Assembly (NCBI GenBank): GCA_963761335.1
Contig: CAVXGR010000018.1
Span: forward strand, 896,001-960,000
Direction: 5' to 3'
From: an uncultured delta proteobacterium
Lineage (GTDB): Bacteria; Desulfobacterota; Binatia; HRBIN30; BPIQ01
DNA length: 64,000 nucleotides
A model generated the notes under the pieces. It searched no databases and was not told where the DNA came from. It saw only the letters and a list, made by a program, of their open reading frames with translations. Positions 1 through 8,419 of the stretch are shown here, in pieces (position 1 is the stretch's first letter; every line of letters begins with the position of its first letter). Position numbers and translations under genes: made by a program.

Positions 1-11
1 ACATTCCGCCG

Positions 12-503
12 GTGAACGCGATGTCCTTCTTCTACGCTCCCACCGTTTGTCGGCGTCTCGGGTTGATGCTGGGCGTGGCGGTCGCGGCCCTCTTCCTCGG
101 AGCCTCTCCGGGGGCGGCGCAGCAACGACCCTCGTGCGAGCAGGTGAACTCCGAGGTGAACCGCATCATCACTCATCGCAAGGGGGGACGCGCGGGCATC
201 GTCGCCGTGGCCAAGAAGCTGAAGACCGACGAAGCCTGGGTAGAGCGCTGCATGCTGGCCTACGGCCGCATTCCCGCCGCCGACTCGCGGATCTCCGACG
301 ACGAGCGCGAGCGCCTCCAGGAAGCGCTGGAAACCGGTGAGCCGGTGATTCCCAGCGACAGCGGCGATCAGCTCGACCCCCAGGAGGACACGCTCTACCA
401 GCGGCCGGAGCGCAACAAGCGGCGGCTCAAGGACTTCAACGCCATCCGCCCGCGGCCCAACGATCCCCACTCGCGCGAGTTCCTCTCCAAGCCCGAGGAC
501 TGA
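12..503 (+). CDS. Hypothetical secreted protein
   Basis: ORF with signal-peptide-like N-terminus (RRLGLMLGVAVAALFLGASPGAA-Q), two Cys, GC3-rich codon usage; start may be GTG 12 or ATG 21. Confidence 0.65.
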   Translation: MNAMSFFYAPTVCRRLGLMLGVAVAALFLGASPGAAQQRPSCEQVNSEVNRIITHRKGGRAGIVAVAKKLKTDEAWVERCMLAYGRIPAADSRISDDERERLQEALETGEPVIPSDSGDQLDPQEDTLYQRPERNKRRLKDFNAIRPRPNDPHSREFLSKPED

Positions 504-521
504 ATCGGGCTCCCGGAGCTC

Positions 522-1328
522 TCACCGCTGTGGGCCGGGCTCGCGGAGCAGCAGGGCGGCGACGCGGCGCCCGGCGGCGTAGGTGACAAAGGCGAGGGCG
601 ATGCCGAGAAGGGTGGAGACGGCCATGAGAGTCGCCGCGGCCATGGTCGCCGAGGGGCTGTCGAAGCGCAGCGGCGGTGCGCCGGCGGCGAGCTCGCCGA
701 CCAGCTTGATCAGGTCGTCGCCGCGGATGGCCGCGAAGGCGATGTCGCCGCCTCCGGAGATGCGGGTGAGTAGATTGGTGCTCAGCACGGAGCCCATCTC
801 GTAGTAGTCGCCGGTGACGTTGGAGAAGGGGATGAGCGCCAGGACGAAGGCGGCGCCGAAGAGCAACGGACGGCGACGCCCGACGCAGAGGCGGAGCAGG
901 GGAACGCCGAGCAGCACGGTGAGCAGGTACGGCGCCGCGTCGGTGGCCAAGTAGACGAGATCCGAGCCCCCCGTGTCGAATCCGGACAGCCGCCCGGGGT
1001 AGTCGCCGCCGGCGACCACGAACGGGAAGACTCGAGCCAGCAGGCGGCCTCCGTACAGCGGCGCCACCTGCAGCTCCGTCACCTGACCGCCGGTGGCCAG
1101 GCAGGCGAGCGCGTGCATGAGCTCGTGAATGGGCACGTAGACAAACCAGGTGGCGACCATCCCCGCGGCAATGAGCAGGGTGGTCCACAGCGGCTGAGGG
1201 CCGCCGAGCATCTGGCGTTCGACGGCGGCGGTGAAATCGCTCAGCGGCTGCCGTATCCAGCGGAGCAGGGCCGCGGCGGCCGACCGACGCCGGCCGCCGA
1301 CCTCAGGGCGGGTCGACGGTGCGGCCAT
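522..1328 (-). CDS. Integral membrane protein with HExxH motif (M50/DUF3267-like putative metalloprotease)
   Basis: C-terminal part of ORF 522..2156 from ATG 1328 (MAAPST...), 11 bp after the ACAD stop; YVPIHELMHALAC motif and several hydrophobic helices. Confidence 0.65.
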   Translation of the reverse strand: MAAPSTRPEVGGRRRSAAAALLRWIRQPLSDFTAAVERQMLGGPQPLWTTLLIAAGMVATWFVYVPIHELMHALACLATGGQVTELQVAPLYGGRLLARVFPFVVAGGDYPGRLSGFDTGGSDLVYLATDAAPYLLTVLLGVPLLRLCVGRRRPLLFGAAFVLALIPFSNVTGDYYEMGSVLSTNLLTRISGGGDIAFAAIRGDDLIKLVGELAAGAPPLRFDSPSATMAAATLMAVSTLLGIALAFVTYAAGRRVAALLLREPGPQR

Positions 1329-1339
1329 CGGCGCGCCGC

Positions 1340-2545
1340 TCAGGCACGGATGATCTCCGGCGTGCGCGACAGGTCCTTGGTGATGTTCTTCTGGTGCGCC
1401 TCGACGGTGCCGCCGCCGATCTCCAGCAGCTTGGCGTCGCGCCACAGCCGCTCGACCACGTACTCCCCCATGTAGCCGTAGCCGCCGAGCACTTGGATGG
1501 CGCTGTCGGCGATGTTCTTCGCCGCGGTCGAGGCAAACAGCTTGCAGCCATCGGCGTCGACGCGGTTGCCATAGGAGTCGAGGTCCAGGCGTCGGGCGGT
1601 GTCGTAGACGAAGCAGCGCGCCGCCTTGAACTGGGCATACGATTCGGCGATGTGCCGCTGGATCTGCCCGTGCTCGCGGAGCGGTACTCCGAAGGTGCGC
1701 CGCTGGTTGGCGTAGTCGACCATCACCTCGAGGCAGCGGAGGGCGATGCCGAGCGACATGGCGGCCAGGGTGACGCGCTCGATCTCGAGATTGCGCATCA
1801 TGTGGCGCACGCTGTCTCCTTCGGCGCCGATCAGGTTGCCGGCGGGGACGGAGCAGCCGTCGAAGACCAGCTCCGCCGTCATCGATGCCCGCATTCCCAG
1901 CTTCTCTTTCAGACGCTGGCCCAGCTGAAATCCGGAAAGGCCCTTCTCCGCCAGAAAGGTGCTCAGCGACTTCTCGCCGGTGTAGGCGTAGACGAGAAAG
2001 ACGTCGCCGAGCGTCGAGTCGTCGATGCAGCCGTTGGTGATGAAGGTCTTGCGGCCGTTGAGGACGTAGTGATCTCCCTGCCGTTCGGCGCGCGAGCGCA
2101 TGCCGAGGACGTCGGTTCCCACCTCCGGCTCGGTCATGCACATGCCGCCGATCCACTCGCCGGAGATGGCCCGCGGCAGGACCCGCTGGCGTTGCTCGGG
2201 GTTGGCGTTGCGGGCGAAGTTGTTCACGAAGAGAACAGCGTGCGCCAGGTAGGCGAGGGTGAATCCGGGATCGGCGCTCGAGAGCGCCTCGTGGACCATC
2301 ACCGCCGCCACCGCGTCGAGGCCGGCGCCGCCGTGGCTCTCCGGCACGGTGAGCCCGAGGAGGCCGAGATCACCGGCGCGCCGGAAGAGGTCGCGGTTGA
2401 ACTTCTCTTCCCGGTTGTAGCGATCCGCCTGCGGCTCGACCTCACGGCTGACGAAGTCGCGCAAGGTGTCGGCGAGGATACGGTGCTCCTCGGTGGGGGC
2501 GAAGAGGTTGATCTGGCGCAGCTCTGCCGCGGTGAAATCGTTCAT
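1340..2545 (-). CDS. Acyl-CoA dehydrogenase (isovaleryl-CoA dehydrogenase-like)
   Basis: MCMTEPEVGTDV, LNGRKTFITNG, KLGMRAS, QVLGGYGY, RDAKLLEIGGGT motifs; start MNDFT at 2545. Confidence 0.93.
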   Translation of the reverse strand: MNDFTAAELRQINLFAPTEEHRILADTLRDFVSREVEPQADRYNREEKFNRDLFRRAGDLGLLGLTVPESHGGAGLDAVAAVMVHEALSSADPGFTLAYLAHAVLFVNNFARNANPEQRQRVLPRAISGEWIGGMCMTEPEVGTDVLGMRSRAERQGDHYVLNGRKTFITNGCIDDSTLGDVFLVYAYTGEKSLSTFLAEKGLSGFQLGQRLKEKLGMRASMTAELVFDGCSVPAGNLIGAEGDSVRHMMRNLEIERVTLAAMSLGIALRCLEVMVDYANQRRTFGVPLREHGQIQRHIAESYAQFKAARCFVYDTARRLDLDSYGNRVDADGCKLFASTAAKNIADSAIQVLGGYGYMGEYVVERLWRDAKLLEIGGGTVEAHQKNITKDLSRTPEIIRA

Positions 2546-2609
2546 GTCGCCCCGATCTCTAGAAGAGAAACGGCGCTGCAGCAATCCCGGGCGGCAGGCG
2601 GCGGTGCCG

Positions 2610-3041
2610 TCAGCGCGCCGACGGCGGCAGCTGGCTCGGACGGATCGGCTGTCCGTGGGCGAACTCGACGAGGTTGCCGTCAGGGTCGCGAAGGATGCAG
2701 TAGTAGCCGACGATCGGCCCCGCGTCCTCGGGCTCCTGGACGAGGACGCCGGCGGCCCGGCCGCGCTTGGCGACCTCGTCGACGGCCTGACGCGATGGCA
2801 AATCGTAGCCGAAGTGCGCCAGATGTGGTGGCACCGCCTCGCCTCCTTGCGGCGCCACCTGAATGACGACGATCACGAAGGAAGGGTTCTCTGCCGTCTC
2901 GCTGAGCCAGGCGACCGCGACGCCGCCGTCGACGCGGTCGTGTACCGCGTGCAGGTCGGCGAAGTCGCGGTAGAAGCGCTTCGTCGCCTCGACATCGGCG
3001 ACGAACAGCGCCACGTGTGTCAGCCTCGGCTTGGTCGGCAT
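2610..3041 (-). CDS. VOC/glyoxalase family protein
   Basis: LTHVALFVADVEATKRFY...HFG...RDPDGNLVEF. Confidence 0.88.
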   Translation of the reverse strand: MPTKPRLTHVALFVADVEATKRFYRDFADLHAVHDRVDGGVAVAWLSETAENPSFVIVVIQVAPQGGEAVPPHLAHFGYDLPSRQAVDEVAKRGRAAGVLVQEPEDAGPIVGYYCILRDPDGNLVEFAHGQPIRPSQLPPSAR

Positions 3042-3059
3042 CCGCTTCCGCGTTCTCCT

Positions 3060-4883
3060 CTACTCCACCGTGACGCTCTTTGCCAGATTGCGCGGCTGAT
3101 CGACGTCGCGGTCGAGGGCCACAGCCGCGTAGTAGGCGACGAGCTGCAGCGGGATGGTCATCAGGATCGGATTGAGCACGGGATCGGAGGGTGGGACCAC
3201 GAGGATGTCGTCGACCTTGGTGGGCAGGCGCTCATCCCCCGGGTGGGTCACCGCGATCACCGGCCCGCGGCGCGCCTTCACCTCCTCGAGCGAGGACAGC
3301 GACTTCTCGTAGAGGTCGTCCTGCGGCAGGATCACGAAGGTCGGTGTCTCCGGACAGATGAGCGCCAGCGGCCCGTGCTTGAGCTCCGAGGCCGGGTAGG
3401 CCTCGGCGTGGATGTAGGAGATCTCCTTGAGCTTCTGCGCTCCCTCGAGCGCCACCGGGTAGGCGTTGGCGCGGCCGATGAAGAAGGCGTTGGTGCGGTG
3501 CGCGTACTTGATGGCCACCTCGCGAATCTCCTCGGCGCGCTGCAGGATGCTGCGCAGCTGCTGGGGCAGCTGCTGGAGGGCGGTGACCAGACGTTTTCCC
3601 TGTGCCGGCGAAAGGTCGCGGATCCGTCCGAGGTGCAGGGCGAGGAGCGCGAAGGCCACCAGCGTGCAGGTGAACGCCTTGGTGGAGGCGACCGACACCT
3701 CCGGCCCGGCGTGGATGTAAATGCCGCCGTCGCACTCGCGCGCGATGCTGCTGCCGACGACGTTGACGATGCCGAGGACGCGGCCCCCCTTGCGCTTCAC
3801 CTCGTGCACCGCCGCCAGCGTGTCCGCCGTCTCTCCCGACTGGCTGACGACGATGTAGAGCACCTCCTTCTCGATCACCGGGTTGCGATAGCGAAACTCC
3901 GAGGCGGGCTCGGCGTCGGCGGGCACCCGGGTCAGCGACTCGATCATGTGGGCCCCGGAGATGCCGGAGTAGTAGGCCGTGCCGCAGCCGAGGATCTTCA
4001 CGCGGCGGATGTCGAGAAGGTCGCGCGGGCTCAGGTTCAGGCCGCCGAGGCGCGCCGTGCTGAACTGGAGGTCGAGCCGTCCCTTGAGGGTGCGCTCGCA
4101 GGCGTCGGCCTGCTCCATGATCTCCTTGAGCATGAAGTGCGCATACGGGCCGCGCTCGTAGGCCTCGTGCCCCCACTGCACGATCGCCGGGCTCTTGATC
4201 GTCGGGCGGTCGTCGAGCGTGCAGGTGTTGAAGCCGTCGGCGGTGACCGTCGCCACCTCGCGATCGTCGAGATAGACCACCTGCTTGGTGTGCCGCACCA
4301 GGGCGGCGACGTCGGAGGCGACGAACATCTCCTTCTCGCCGAGACCGATCACCACGGGGCTGCCGTTGCGAGCGGCCACGATGCGGTCGGGAAAGCGCGC
4401 GTCGACGACGGCGATGCCGTAGGTGCCCTGGATGGCGGAGAGTGCCTGGCGCACCGCCTGCTCGAGCTCCGCGCCATCGGCCTCCTCGATGAGGTGGGCC
4501 AGCACCTCGGTGTCGGTCTCGGAGCGGAAGACGTGACCATTCGCCTCGAGCTGGGCCCGCAACGCCGCGGCGTTCTCGATGATGCCGTTGTGCACCACGG
4601 CGATCTTTCCGCTGCAGTCGAGGTGGGGGTGGGCGTTGCCGTCGGTGGGCTCTCCGTGCGTCGCCCAGCGGGTGTGGGCGATGCCGGCCTCGCCGCGCAG
4701 TCGCTTGGGGAGGGAGCTCTCCAGCTGACGGATCTTGCCGGCCGCCTTGTGAACCCGCAGGCCGCCGCGCCCGATGAGCGCCACGCCGGCGGAGTCGTAG
4801 CCGCGGTACTCGAGCCGATGGAGCCCTTCGAGCAGGATGGGCAGTGCTTGCTGCTCACCGATGTATCCGACGATGCCACACAT
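3060..4883 (-). CDS. glmS: Glutamine--fructose-6-phosphate transaminase (isomerizing)
   Basis: N-terminal MCGIVG, LEYRGYDSAG, HTRWATHG, SQSGETADT, ELKHGP, C-terminal PRNLAKSVTVE; GGAAG RBS. Confidence 0.98.
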   Translation of the reverse strand: MCGIVGYIGEQQALPILLEGLHRLEYRGYDSAGVALIGRGGLRVHKAAGKIRQLESSLPKRLRGEAGIAHTRWATHGEPTDGNAHPHLDCSGKIAVVHNGIIENAAALRAQLEANGHVFRSETDTEVLAHLIEEADGAELEQAVRQALSAIQGTYGIAVVDARFPDRIVAARNGSPVVIGLGEKEMFVASDVAALVRHTKQVVYLDDREVATVTADGFNTCTLDDRPTIKSPAIVQWGHEAYERGPYAHFMLKEIMEQADACERTLKGRLDLQFSTARLGGLNLSPRDLLDIRRVKILGCGTAYYSGISGAHMIESLTRVPADAEPASEFRYRNPVIEKEVLYIVVSQSGETADTLAAVHEVKRKGGRVLGIVNVVGSSIARECDGGIYIHAGPEVSVASTKAFTCTLVAFALLALHLGRIRDLSPAQGKRLVTALQQLPQQLRSILQRAEEIREVAIKYAHRTNAFFIGRANAYPVALEGAQKLKEISYIHAEAYPASELKHGPLALICPETPTFVILPQDDLYEKSLSSLEEVKARRGPVIAVTHPGDERLPTKVDDILVVPPSDPVLNPILMTIPLQLVAYYAAVALDRDVDQPRNLAKSVTVE

Positions 4884-4908
4884 GGACTTCCTCCTTTGCG
4901 AAGTTTCC

Positions 4909-5181
4909 TCAGCCGTAGACGAGGCGGCGCAGCTGGCGCGCGCTGAGCGGTGGGGCCGCGAAGCGGCGCCGCTGGACCTCTTCCTGAAGCTGCTCGAAGA
5001 TGGCCTCGTTGCGCATGTGGTCGCCCTGCAGCTCGCGATGCCGGCGCGACACGAACTCCTCCAGGGACTCGGAAAAGTAGGCGATCACCTCTTCGACGAC
5101 CCGGCCGGCGTCGGCGGGCTGCATTCCGGTCAGCTGCGCCAGATGCGCGATGAGGTCGCCGAGGTCTGCCGCTGCCTGCAT
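4909..5181 (-). CDS. Small conserved hypothetical protein upstream of glmS
   Basis: ~90 aa helical ORF ending EEFVSRRHREL...LSARQLRRLVYG, 25 bp upstream of glmS on the same strand; start ATG 5181 (alt. 5199). Confidence 0.75.
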   Translation of the reverse strand: MQAAADLGDLIAHLAQLTGMQPADAGRVVEEVIAYFSESLEEFVSRRHRELQGDHMRNEAIFEQLQEEVQRRRFAAPPLSARQLRRLVYG

Positions 5182-5330
5182 GAGGCCAATCCAAACCACG
5201 TCCGCTCCGCAAAAGCAAGATTTTTGCCCGAAAGCGGGCAGAAAGTAGAGCTTCTTGGGGCAGGAGACACGGCATCTGCGCCTTGCGAGCTGCTCTGGAG
5301 TGCCTGTGGCAAATGGGTTAGGAGAGGGAA

Positions 5331-5879
5331 ATGGCGATTCTGAAGGTTGCGCGCCTCGGCCATCCGGTCCTCCGCAAGTTGGCGGAGCCGGTTTCTCCGG
5401 AGGCGATTCTGGCGCCCGAGGTGCAGGGATTCATCGACGATCTGATCGAGACCATGTACGAGTACGACGGTGCGGGTCTGGCGGCGCCGCAGGTGCACGT
5501 CTCTCTGCAGGTCGTGGCCTTCGAGGTGCGCGGCAATCCGCGCTATCCGGAGGCTCCGGAGATTCCGCTGACGGTGCTGATCAATCCGAAGATCACGCCG
5601 ACGACGGAGGTCATGGCGGAGGATTGGGAGGGCTGTCTGAGCCTTCCCGATCTGCGCGGCCGGGTGCCCCGTTACCGGGCCGTTCGCGTCGAGGCCTATG
5701 ATCGCGGTGGCCAGAAGGTGCGTTTCGAGGTGCAGGATTTCCATGCGCGCGTCATCCAGCACGAATGCGATCATCTAGCCGGCAAGGTATTTCTCGACCG
5801 CATGTCGAGCTTCGAGTCCCTGTCGTTTCTGCACGAGTTCCTTCGCTACCGGCTGGGTGAGCCCGGCGGCGAGGCTTGA
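5331..5879 (+). CDS. def: Peptide deformylase
   Basis: GAGLAAPQV, EGCLS and QHECDHL motifs; AGGAGAGG RBS. Confidence 0.97.
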   Translation: MAILKVARLGHPVLRKLAEPVSPEAILAPEVQGFIDDLIETMYEYDGAGLAAPQVHVSLQVVAFEVRGNPRYPEAPEIPLTVLINPKITPTTEVMAEDWEGCLSLPDLRGRVPRYRAVRVEAYDRGGQKVRFEVQDFHARVIQHECDHLAGKVFLDRMSSFESLSFLHEFLRYRLGEPGGEA

Positions 5880-5891
5880 GTACGGCGCCGC

Positions 5892-6695
5892 TCAGAGTGC
5901 GGCGCCGTGCGGGGCGGGGGCGGCGGCGCTGCGTTTGGCGGCGCAGCTGGCGCATTCGCTGCGCTCGCAGACGAAGGCGGTCGGATCGCGCTCGAGGGCG
6001 GCATTGGCGAGCCCGAGCAGGTAGCGGATCGGCAGCTTGCGTGCCTGGCCGCGCGCCAGGGGCACGGCCAGCATCTTGCTCGGGTCGAGCTCGGCCTCGA
6101 GGCGATCGAAGGCGACGCTGCATCCGGGCACTTTCTCGAGAACCACGCGTTCCTCGTGGCCGGCGGCGTTGATGCGCAGGGCCGTGCGGCGGCCGAGGTA
6201 GGACGGGTCCATGCGCTCCTCGGCGAGGTGGATGACGGTGGCCGAGTGCAGGTGCGTGCCGAGCAGCAGGACGTGTCCCTGGAGGAGGTTCAGCTTCTTC
6301 AGAGGCCCGAGCGGATTGTTGTCGCGCTGGGTCGACAGCGCCTCGCGCGCCAGGCGTCCCCAGGCGGCGAAGGAGTGAGTCGGATGGGAGCTGCGCAGCA
6401 CGCCGGGCATGTGGCGGAAGGCCTCGGCGACGGCGCCGATCTGCGAACTCACCGAAAGCTCGGGATGATATGGCGTCTGCGCACTGCGGGGAGCTCCGGG
6501 CTCGGTGAAGCTGGCCTCGGTGAAGGTGGGGAGTAGGACCGTGCCGGTCTCGGATACGGCGCGGATCAGCGCTTGACAGACGGTGGCGGCGCCGCCGTCG
6601 ACCTTGCCAAAGGCCGAGAGCGAGGCGTGCACGACGAGGTGCGCTCCTCGCAAGCGCAGAGGCGCCAGAATGGAAACGATTTCGTCCGCTGTCAT
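5892..6695 (-). CDS. AAC(3)/Antibiotic_NAT family N-acetyltransferase-like protein
   Basis: LVVHASLSAFGKVDGGA, GTVLLPTFT, GAVAEAFR, RSSHPTHSFAAWG, IHLAEE motifs; start MTADEIV at 6695. Confidence 0.85.
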   Translation of the reverse strand: MTADEIVSILAPLRLRGAHLVVHASLSAFGKVDGGAATVCQALIRAVSETGTVLLPTFTEASFTEPGAPRSAQTPYHPELSVSSQIGAVAEAFRHMPGVLRSSHPTHSFAAWGRLAREALSTQRDNNPLGPLKKLNLLQGHVLLLGTHLHSATVIHLAEERMDPSYLGRRTALRINAAGHEERVVLEKVPGCSVAFDRLEAELDPSKMLAVPLARGQARKLPIRYLLGLANAALERDPTAFVCERSECASCAAKRSAAAPAPHGAAL

Positions 6696-6705
6696 CGAGG
6701 GCCGG

Positions 6706-6734
6706 AGTGTAGCCACGGTGGGCAACGAGGACAA
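6706..6734 (-). promoter_or_regulatory. Putative sigma70 promoter of the AAC(3)-like gene
   Basis: Minus strand TTGTCC-17 bp-TACACT, 10 nt before ATG 6695. Confidence 0.5.
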
Positions 6735-6966
6735 GCGCGATCGCCAGTCGCCGTCGGAGCGGCGGCGGCAGCAGCGCTTTGCCCCCAATTTCGTTGATTG
6801 TCTCGCGCTGCTCCTGTATGCATCAGAGTTGCACTCGGCGTGCGAAGCCGAAGACCTCTCGAAAGATTGCTCATGACGACCTCGATCTGCATCGCGGCTG
6901 CTGCCGCTCCATTCGCACCGCAGCGACCCGCCCGCGGATTGTTCGCCGCCCCGGCCGAGTAAGAGC

Positions 6967-8322
6967 GTGGCGAAGCCCAAACGTCTGTCCGCCGATATCA
7001 TGGGCGTCCTCGGCAGCCGTGCGGCCTGGACGGTGATGAGCATGGCGAGCGGGGTGATCCTCGCGCGTGCCCTGGGGCCCCACGATCGCGGCATTCTGGC
7101 GCTCGTCCTGTTGCTGCCGTCGACCGTCGTCACCTTGGTGAAGCTCGGCATCACGCAGTCGAACGTCTACTTCGTCAATCGGAAGAAGGAACGGATCGAG
7201 GACGTCGCCTCGAACAGCGTGGCGCTGGGGCTGATCCTGGGGATCATCGCCGCCGCGGTCGTCTGGCTGATCAGGGGAAGCCTGACGACCAGCGTCCTGC
7301 GCGAGGTAGCCCCTTGGGCCCTCGCCCTGGCGCTGGTGCGCGTCCCCCCGCTTCTGCTCGACGGCTACCTGTACGGCGTTCTGCAGGCCGGTGGGCGTTT
7401 CAGCATCTACAATACGCGCTTGGTCGTCAGCGAGGGCCTTCGCCTGGCCTTGATCGTCGTGGCGCTGCTCTTCCTGGGGATGGGCTTGAAGGCAGCCGTG
7501 TGGATCACCACCGGCGTGACGCTGTTCAACATCGTTTGGCTGGTGGTGACGACGCGCAAGCTGATCCCGTTCACCCTGCGCGTGAAGCCCAAGCTGCTCC
7601 GCGAGCAGCTCAGCTTCGGTGCCAAGTCGTACGCGCAGACGCTGACCGCGCATCTTCTGCTGCGCATCGACGTGTACATGGTGTCGTTCTTCCTGGGACC
7701 GGCGGAAACCGCCTTCTACTCCCTCGCCCTGCGCTTCACCGAGATGGTCCTCGAGGTTCCTCAGGCGGTGGGCTTGGTGCTCTATCCGCGGCTGGCCTCG
7801 GTGCCCGAGAACGAGGTGTACGGGCTGACCGCGCAAGCCTGCCGCCGTACCGTCCTGATGACGGGGATCCCCGCGTTGCTGATCGGTTTCGGAGGGCACT
7901 ATCTGATCACCTTGTGGTACGGCCAGGCCTACGCGCCGGCAGGCGCGCCGCTGCCGTGGGCCGCGGTCGGCGTGCTCGCCATGTCGATCTACGTGATCCT
8001 GAGTCGCGCTTTCACCAGTCAGAACCGGCAGTTCGTAAACCTCACCGCCGGCGTGATTGCGCTGACCACAAACGTCACCCTCAACATCTTTCTCATCCCG
8101 AGGATGGGAATCGTCGGTGCCGCTTTCGCCACCGCGGTCTCGTACTCTGCCGCGTGCGCGCTGTTGTTGATCTTCTACCTGGCGGCCTCGCGGATGACGC
8201 TGGCCGAGGTGCTGATCGCCCGACCGGATGATTTGCGCTTCTTCTGGCAAATAATACGGCAATTTGCGACGCGTGGACGGAACCTGATGGGTCTGGGCCC
8301 GCACCGATCGGTCGCTAGATGA
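6967..8322 (+). CDS. Oligosaccharide flippase (Wzx/MOP superfamily)
   Basis: About 12 hydrophobic segments; ILARALGPHDRG, RIDVYMV...FYSLA, LNIFLIPRMGIVGAAFAT typical of polysaccharide flippases. Confidence 0.88.
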   Translation: MAKPKRLSADIMGVLGSRAAWTVMSMASGVILARALGPHDRGILALVLLLPSTVVTLVKLGITQSNVYFVNRKKERIEDVASNSVALGLILGIIAAAVVWLIRGSLTTSVLREVAPWALALALVRVPPLLLDGYLYGVLQAGGRFSIYNTRLVVSEGLRLALIVVALLFLGMGLKAAVWITTGVTLFNIVWLVVTTRKLIPFTLRVKPKLLREQLSFGAKSYAQTLTAHLLLRIDVYMVSFFLGPAETAFYSLALRFTEMVLEVPQAVGLVLYPRLASVPENEVYGLTAQACRRTVLMTGIPALLIGFGGHYLITLWYGQAYAPAGAPLPWAAVGVLAMSIYVILSRAFTSQNRQFVNLTAGVIALTTNVTLNIFLIPRMGIVGAAFATAVSYSAACALLLIFYLAASRMTLAEVLIARPDDLRFFWQIIRQFATRGRNLMGLGPHRSVAR

Positions 8323-8419
8323 GCAGTCGTGGCGCATCCGCCAGGGCTCGGTCGACCTCGGCGAGCCCGGTCGCGAGAACCATGGCCACTGGCCGCGGGT
8401 GGGAAGACGCGGTGTGCGT

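Noticed and set aside
2466..4946. Long antisense or alternative-frame ORFs (e.g. 2466..4946, 19805..21526, 27397..29445, 43890..45857, 45981..47900, 52502..54265)
   Set aside because: Shadow ORFs opposite well-supported genes in high-GC DNA; no motifs
4884..5330. glmS ribozyme
   Set aside because: The upstream region is occupied by a coding ORF and I see no recognisable ribozyme core
5892..6695. Bona fide aminoglycoside resistance gene
   Set aside because: Family membership alone is insufficient, and there is no mobile-element context
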